A stretch of 64,000 nt of DNA from Chrysemys picta bellii. Its lineage: Eukaryota. The stretch is from assembly GCF_011386835.1 (NCBI RefSeq), contig NC_088813.1, positions 10,726,001-10,790,000 on the forward strand, in the 5' to 3' direction. Made by a program: the position numbers and the translations under genes. The notes under the pieces are model-generated. The model was not told the origin of the DNA, did not search any database, and saw only the letters and a program-made list of their open reading frames with translations. Shown piece by piece: positions 57,281 to 64,000 of the stretch. Position 1 is the stretch's first letter, and the number at the start of each line of letters is the position of its first letter.

Positions 57281-60219
57281 GGCTCATCCATGTGGATGGA
57301 GTGCTCTAGATCTAAGGAGATTCCAGCAGCTCTGAGGTGGTGGTGGGGACTAGGTCTTGGGTCTGGCATTCACTCTGTGACATCATGCTCCAGTCCTGCT
57401 CTCATACTAGGGTCAGCTACATCCTCCTCCCTCAGTCTGTAGTGGAAGGTTAGTCGCAGGCTTCCCTCGCACTGCTATCCTGGACCCAGGCTAAAAGAGT
57501 AGCTAGAAGCATCTCCCAACTTGCTTTGTGCTGGCTTGAAAGGGATCGCTCGGTACATGCTCTCCGGGCCATCCTGCTTTTCCTAGCCTCTCACTGTTGT
57601 TGCTGTCCAGGGTCCTTGAGTAAGTGAAGCAAACAACACCTGTCACACCCCTTCCAGAGTTTCTCATGGAGTTACACCAGTTTGGGCCAATGGATTTCAT
57701 TGCGAAGTCCTACCCCATCCACTGACCACCCCAGCACCTGTCCATGCTCTGTCCTTCCACTACATGCAACTAAGCTACTAAATGAAAGGCTAGACCATCT
57801 CCCTGAAGCTCTACCAGAGCTCATGACAGAAGGCTGGGGAACCTACTTCCATATGGGAGGCCGGATTCTAAGCTTCAGTGGGAGACCTCCCACTTTATAC
57901 AGAAGTGAGATCCGACTCGGGCCCTGTGGGAGACAGAAGACAAGACTCATTCCCACAGGTTGGACAGATATATATAAAGTACGATCTGCAGGAACTGAGG
58001 CTGAAAGGGTAGAAGGCATCCTCCCAGGCCAGGGGTAGAATCCACCTTGGCAGCTTACCAGTCACCCTGGCTTATGAGACTTCCAGCAAGAGGTTTCCAG
58101 ACAGCAACTTCCACCTCACTGGCTGCACTTGTGTGTCCCTCTCTAAACCAGTGCGATGGGGTATGACAGGCGGAATGCGCTGCATTGACAGCAAGAGAGA
58201 ATTTTACACATGGTTGACTGAGCCCTTTTATCATCTCCTCCCCCCGCCCAGCTCAGCCAGGAGCAGTGCATCATAGGATAGCAAAACAAGCTGGAACAAG
58301 GTCATTGCCGATTGCTGTTATATAACAGCGCACACAATGAGATGGCTGGGACCTAAATCATGCTGTTAAACTACAGATTAGAAAGGGGGATTTTCAAGAA
58401 GTCCAGACTGGCCGACATGGACTACTTAATTGCAGCAATTGCGTGAGGACACTTTCATGGAGCAATTAGTACATGTCTCTTCCCCCCCGCACCAGGGACA
58501 GGTACACTTCACCTTCTCAGACAGCATCAGGCTAATCTTCACACCCATCACCTCTATGAAAACTTCTACCGCTGTGGCCCGCCTGCTAGGTTTAAGCTGC
58601 TAACAGGGAAGTCTAGATGTTAATACAAGACATTTCTAAATTTTGATCATCTATCTCACCCTCCCTTATACCTGGGGAGGGGAGAACTGAGGAAATAATT
58701 TGGTGTATGTTAAATAAATCCCTTTATATTAAGTGACCTGCCTTGTCTCATCCTTTTGCCACCCCACCTCCATGTGGCCAGTAGAGTATACACGGTCAGG
58801 TGATAAAAACGTTACAAAGACCTGGGGTGGGTTCCCCACCCTTGGGGGGGGGAGAGGGGAGAACTGAAGATGTTTAATCTCCACTGACACACTGCGGTGG
58901 CCGGCATTAGTTGAACTTGCTTTGCAGGGACTTACAGCAGACAGTGGCATTCCCCACATTCCACCCTGCAGATCAAGCGATTATCCTAACACAGGCTATG
59001 TGTTTTCTAGAAAGCGCCTCCCTGTTTGAGGGGCTCAGTAAAAATCCAATTCAGATGCTCAAGCCAAGTACCCAGCTATGCTGTGGCAGCATATGGGCAT
59101 GTGCCAGCCAGTATTATCCGACATCTGGTGGAACAGGGCTGAATTTGTTAGTCCCCTACTTGTAAAGTGGGTCAGCGCGGACTCTGCCTACCCTCTCTAT
59201 GAGCAGTGTGTCCCTCCTCTTAGGCAACTGATCTCACCCAAAACAGCTCCCTGGCTGGAAGGCGATCTCCCACAATCAAATGACTCTCAGTGGGTTTTAA
59301 ACAGTTTCATATGCAATTTGTATCCATCCCTAGCAATGTGATGAGGTTAGGCTCAGCTGGGTTGGGGCAGTCTTTCAGCGCACTCCTCTTGATAGAAGAG
59401 AAGGGAAGGAGCTTAGTAAGTCATCCTCCCATATCAGGGAAGAGTTAACTAGACGCACGAAGAGGGCAGAAAGGAAATTGTTTGAGATGTTAGAACATCT
59501 GCCAAAGGAAATATATTAAGAATAAATATAGTGGGAATTTAGCAGTGACCAAGCTGCAAGGCTGCTCAGACCTCTTTTCTAGGCGCCCCACAAACAAGGA
59601 TAGGCGACTTCAAGCAACTAATTCAAACAGTCATCATGAACGATCAAGCTGGTGGCATTAGCCCCAGTCCAGGTAGCTGGTTGGTGAAAGGGCTGTTTTT
59701 GCTAACAATTCAGCTCAGCTCATTTTCCAAACTGAGTCCCTACAACTCAATCTGGATCAAACTGGCAAGGAATGTTCTACAGCTCCTTCAGCAGCGGCCC
59801 GCTTGATTGCTACAATAGTTTGATGGGTGATTTCAGAGGTCACACTCTGAGCCAAGAGCTGCATCCACTGCTTAAAATACCAACACAAAGAGAAAAGACT
59901 GTAACAATCAGGTCACTATCACAGCAGGACGTTGCTCATCCTTTCCCTGGACCTCTGGCTGCACTGTATGTCCATGTTGCCAATGAAAACATAATGCACA
60001 ATATCTGCCAAAGCAAGAGGGTCCAAAGGTCTCCACTGGTCAGTGCTCTACTCCTTGCTGAAGAATTAATGAGAACAGCGGAGTTAGCTGTTATGCCTTG
60101 TTGCAGGGGGAGTGTTTTTAAAGACATTTGCTGAACTCAGAAAAGACGCTGCCACAAAGTGGGGCTTTAATCAAGGGCACTTTCTAATGGATCAGAGAAC
60201 AATCTCTGGGCCTCCGTAT

Positions 60220-60349
60220 TCAGCCAGATTCCTCCATCTCAAGCGGTTGAGTCTGTACTTCTATCTTCTTTGGAGGAATGTAGGATCCCATCCCAGCTGC
60301 TCTCTCTGCCTCCTCCTGGGTATAAGGCTCCTCACTCAGCTGCTTCAGT
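60220..60349 (-). CDS. ZNF593: ZNF593 exon 3
   Basis: [42 protein letters not shown]; ATTAAA signal at 60171-60166. Confidence 0.96.
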
Positions 60350-61618
60350 CTAAAAGAGAAAGAAGAAACCCAAGCGAGGCACATGGGTTCCGATCTTTAA
60401 TGTTCCCCCTGTAAGCTGAGCACTTTAAAAAACTATCACAAACCCAAACCAGCGAAAGCCACATTTGACATTGCCAGGATATCCAGACTAAGTCTCAGGT
60501 GCTCAAATTTCAGAGTGGGATTGAAGAACAGCAGTGGGAAAGCTATCAATGCTGCACCACCTGTTCTGTGACTAGATGGACACTTTCAGCCACCAGCTGA
60601 ATTAAACTATCTTTAGAAGACTGAAGGAGCCATGAAGACTGGTGGGGTGGGAAGAAGAGATGGAAAAATAGATTTTTCAAATAACTTTTTGAAGGGAAAA
60701 GGGAGTGTGGGGGGGTGTTTCTTATTCATAAGAACCCCAAATAAATCAGATTTTTTTTCACACTAATAGTCTTCTAAGAAAAATATGCCCTCATAACAGA
60801 ATTTACATTACCTTCTTTTGTGAACTTTAGATTTGAAATGTTCCTTCATGCTATTCAAATCTACAAAGTATCGCCTGTCAGGAGAGAAGAAAGGAGTTCA
60901 GGCAGTTGAAAACAATAGTGCCCTTTCCATGAAAGAGTCAAGTTAAGAACTAAACAGGGGGCTTTGGAGACTCAGACTGAGGAAGACAGGGTTGAAGGCT
61001 CAAGATACCAAAGGTCACTATTGACCAAACATTTTTTCTATCAGAAGGTGGGGAAAGGGGCCTGATGAAGTTAAGTATTTGGTCCCGGGGCCCACTGTGC
61101 AAACATGGGGGAAGGCCGGCTGGGGCGCCTCTTCTCAGTTAGCCCGGCTGGGGCGCCTCTTCCCAGTTAGCCCAGGGGACTGGGCTCTCTGATTTCAGGT
61201 CGGGCCCTGGGAACACTCCCCTCACACCCCGCAGGCCGTGGGCAGCCCCTGTGCCTGCTGTGGTGGATGCACTGCAGCTGGGCTCCCATGTCTCTCCCCA
61301 CTCCCGGGACAGGCGCAGCAGGAGGGGAGGATGGACCGGGGGGGTGTCCCTGGAGGGGCCACTGCGACGCCCCCAGTTCACGCGCAATGCCCCCCCCCCG
61401 CGCGCACACTCTCTCACGCACGCGCAGTGCAGGCAGTAGTGCTGCGCGCTCCCGGGCATGTCGGGGTCCGGCTCCTGGTGCAGCAGCCTGGCCGCGTTGT
61501 CCGGCTGCAGGTCCCCGTGGATCTGGTCCAGGTCCCGGCGCCGCCGCTTCGCTTTCCACTGGCGGGCCAGGGAGCGCGCCTTGTGCGAGCCCGTCTGACG
61601 AGAGCTCCGCGGCGCCAT
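60220..61618 (-). CDS. ZNF593: Zinc finger protein 593 (Bud20 homolog, pre-60S factor), 3 exons, 129 aa
   Basis: join on minus strand: 61618-61422, 60874-60812, 60349-60220. [34 protein letters not shown]...HYCLHCA|[21 protein letters not shown]|[23 protein letters not shown]...; C2H2 finger CLHC...H...H. Confidence 0.97.
60812..60874 (-). CDS. ZNF593: ZNF593 exon 2
   Basis: [20 protein letters not shown]; AG/GTAATG. Confidence 0.96.
61422..61618 (-). CDS. ZNF593: ZNF593 exon 1
   Basis: cccATGG start; donor GC|GTGCGT fixed by the phase of exon 2. Confidence 0.95.
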
Positions 61619-61619
61619 G

Positions 61620-61780
61620 GGTGAGACTGGGAGAGAAAACGGAACTGCCTCGTCCTCCCCTACTTCCTCTTCCGGCCGGCGCCGGCTTGTGACCTCATCA
61701 CAGGGCGACCCCCTCCTGGCAGGGGAGCGAGCCCAGTGCGCATGCGGGAAACGCACAGGGCCAGAGTGGGAGCTGAGCTC
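61620..61780 (-). promoter_or_regulatory. ZNF593 CpG promoter
   Basis: Tandem ETS/GABP-like CCGGAAGAGGAAGT (61675-61662) and NRF1-like TGCGCATGCG (61737-61746). Confidence 0.65.
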
Positions 61781-61789
61781 AGGGCAGGC

Positions 61790-62535
61790 AGAGGGAGGCT
61801 AGAGACACCATCCCTGCCCATCCTGGCTAAGAGCTACTGATGGGCCTGTCCTCCATGAACCCTGTTATAGTCTTGGCCTGTACAACATCCTCTGACAAGG
61901 TGTTCCACAGGTTGCCTGTGCATTGTGCAAAGAAATACTGCCTTTTGTTTGTTTTAAACCTGCTGCCTATTAATTTCATTGGGTGACCCCTAGTTCTTGT
62001 GTTATGAGAAGGAGTAATTAGCATTTCCTTATTTACTTTCTCTACACCAGTCATGATTTTATAGACCTCATCATATCCCCCCTTAGCCGTCTCTTTTCCA
62101 AGCTGAAAAGTCCCACTCTTATTAATCTCGCCTCATACCCAGAAGCTGTTCCATACCTCTAATCATTTTTGCTGCCCTTTTCTGAACCTTGTCCAATTTC
62201 AATATTTTTTTTGAGATGGGCTGACCTCATCTGCACACAGTATTCAAGGTGTGGGCATACCAGGGATTTATATAGAGGCAACATGATATTTTCTGTCCTA
62301 TTATCTATCCCTTTCTTAATAATTCCCAGCATTCTGTTCACTTTTTTGACTGCTGCTGCACATTGAGTGGATGTTTTCACAGAACTATCCACAATGACTC
62401 CCAAGATCTCGCTCTTGAGTGGTAACAGCTAATTTAGACCCCATTATTTTATATGTATAGTTGAGATTATGCTTTCTAATGTGCACTACTTTGCATTTAT
62501 CAACATTAAATTTCATCTGCTATTTTGTTGCCCAG
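61790..62535 (-). mobile_element. CR1 LINE 3' fragment
   Basis: ORFs 62159..62404 and 61827..62054 give GVIVDSS.KTSTQCAAAVKK.NRMLGIIKKG...LVCPHLEYCVQ and [23 protein letters not shown], degenerate CR1 ORF2. Confidence 0.92.
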
Positions 62536-62854
62536 TTGCCCAGTCAACCTCCTCTGATAGGCTGCTTTTTCCTTTTCTGCCAATCAGGGGTGCTTTGGGA
62601 AGCAGGCTCTGCTCTCTCCCCCGTCCCAGCAGGCCCCATTCTTACAGGAGGCAGGTAGGAGAAGACAGAGTTTGGTGGCTTGCGGCAGTTTTGCGCTTCC
62701 CTGTCCTCTACTCCTGTGACAAGGGGATGGCTCTTGTGCCTTCTCCTCTCCCTCCCTGGCCTGTGTGAGGGGGGTGAACTGCAGGAGGAGCAAAGGTGAG
62801 CCAAGGTTGTCCCACCTCCATCCCTTTTGACATCTAATGGCACTGTGTTTAAAC

Positions 62855-64000
62855 ATGGCAGCAAAGAAAAGGAAAGTCGACACCAAAAACCATTCGTTTA
62901 AAGCAAAGTGGACCGACACTTACTGTTTTATTTTGCCACAACGTCCAAAGGGTCGACCAGTATGTTTAATTTGTACAGAGACTGTGGCTGTTGTAAAATG
63001 TGGGAACCTCAAATGGCACTACGAAATGAAGCACATGGATTTTGACCTCAAATATCCACTGGACTCCCAATTAAGATCAGACAAGATCGCTTCATTGAAG
63101 GATACATATTTTCTGAGCACAAATATTATTTCAAAGGCTACTTGTGCTTAGGAAAAGGCAACTGAAACATCACAGAGATATGTGTGGATAACAGCAAAAC
63201 ACAGGAAACTTTTTGCAAATGCAGACCTTATTAAGCAGTGGATGGTTACTACAGCTGAAATCCATTTTGCAGAGGAGAAAGACATTGTTGATGCCGTCAG
63301 ACAACTGCCGCTTTCGGACCCAACAGCTATTAGGCGTACTGAGATGATGGCACAAGACATTTTCAAGCAATTGTGTATGAAACTGAAAATTTTCCATGGC
63401 AGTGGAAGTGTCCCATGATATCAGGGACACAGCACAGCTAGCATTGTATGTCCGTTTTTTTATGGAGAGAAATTTGAGGAGGAGTTGTTGTCCTTTATAC
63501 TGCATAACAGTTGCACGGCAGGCAAAGCTTTGTTTAATTGTGTTCAAACTATTTTGTCTAATAAAGGTCTTGACGTAACTCAGATTGTGTCAATTGCAGC
63601 AGATGGTGCTCTTTCCATGATTGGCACTCACAGAGGGCTTGTGAAACGTCTGCAAGATCTGAACCCCAATTTGATTTCCTATCACTGTGTAATTCACCAA
63701 ACAGAACGTTGTGCGAAGCTTAGCGATGAGTATGCAAATGTATTGTCAATGGTGATTAAACGTGTCGGCTTCCTTCGGTCCAAGTCATCACTGCAACACA
63801 GACAGTTCGAAAGCTTTCTTTCAGAAGTATCTGCCGATTACAATGACCTGTTGGTTCATAAAGACATCTGCTGGCTGAGCAGAAGGCAAGTACTAAGAAG
63901 GCTATGGGAAATTCGAGTTCATGTGGAAGAATATGTACATAACATTCCAGGGAAAAAGACAGAAGAGGTACATGCATTTTTGAGAGATGCCGCAAGCATG
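62855..64000 (+). pseudogene. Decayed hAT (SPIN/Charlie, GTF2IRD2-type) transposase, truncated by the window end
   Basis: MAAKKRKVD NLS; zinc finger CLIC-x12-H-x4-H; in-frame TAG at 63149-63151; frameshifts near 63390 and 63460; AVEVSHD..DTAQL (first catalytic D altered), ADGALSM, HCVIH and WLSR motifs; last frame open to 64000. Confidence 0.88.

Noticed and set aside
61619-61756. N-terminal extension MRFPHAHW... of ZNF593 in the ORF track
   Set aside because: Similarity to ZNF593 starts at MAPRSS (61618); the upstream ATG falls within the NRF1-like promoter motif and is probably not transcribed.

Overview
Vertebrate genomic DNA, almost certainly a turtle, judged from its repeat content (tortoise tRNA-Lys/CR1 PolIII-SINE, turtle-type Penelope terminal repeat, CR1 LINEs, many hAT MITEs). 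The window is syntenic with human 1p36.11. By hand-splicing I recovered three complete minus-strand genes with GT-AG introns and consistent phases: CEP85 (13 coding exons, 775 aa), CNKSR1 (21 coding exons, 774 aa) and ZNF593 (3 exons, 129 aa). Two plus-strand genes are less expected. One is an intronless-CDS claudin (199 aa, CLDN23-like) between CNKSR1 and CEP85, where human has CATSPER4; I see no CATSPER4 here. The other is a spliced 65-aa single-pass membrane microprotein that the ORF track misses and that matches human ZNF593OS as I recall it; it has its own non-coding first exon and a TATA/E-box promoter. Other items: a minimal hammerhead-ribozyme motif in a Penelope-like repeat inside a CNKSR1 intron, a three-tier nested transposon stack with perfect 8-bp TSDs, two G/C-skewed minisatellites, and a decayed hAT transposase at the right edge. 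No database searches were run; gene names rest on recalled protein sequences and synteny.
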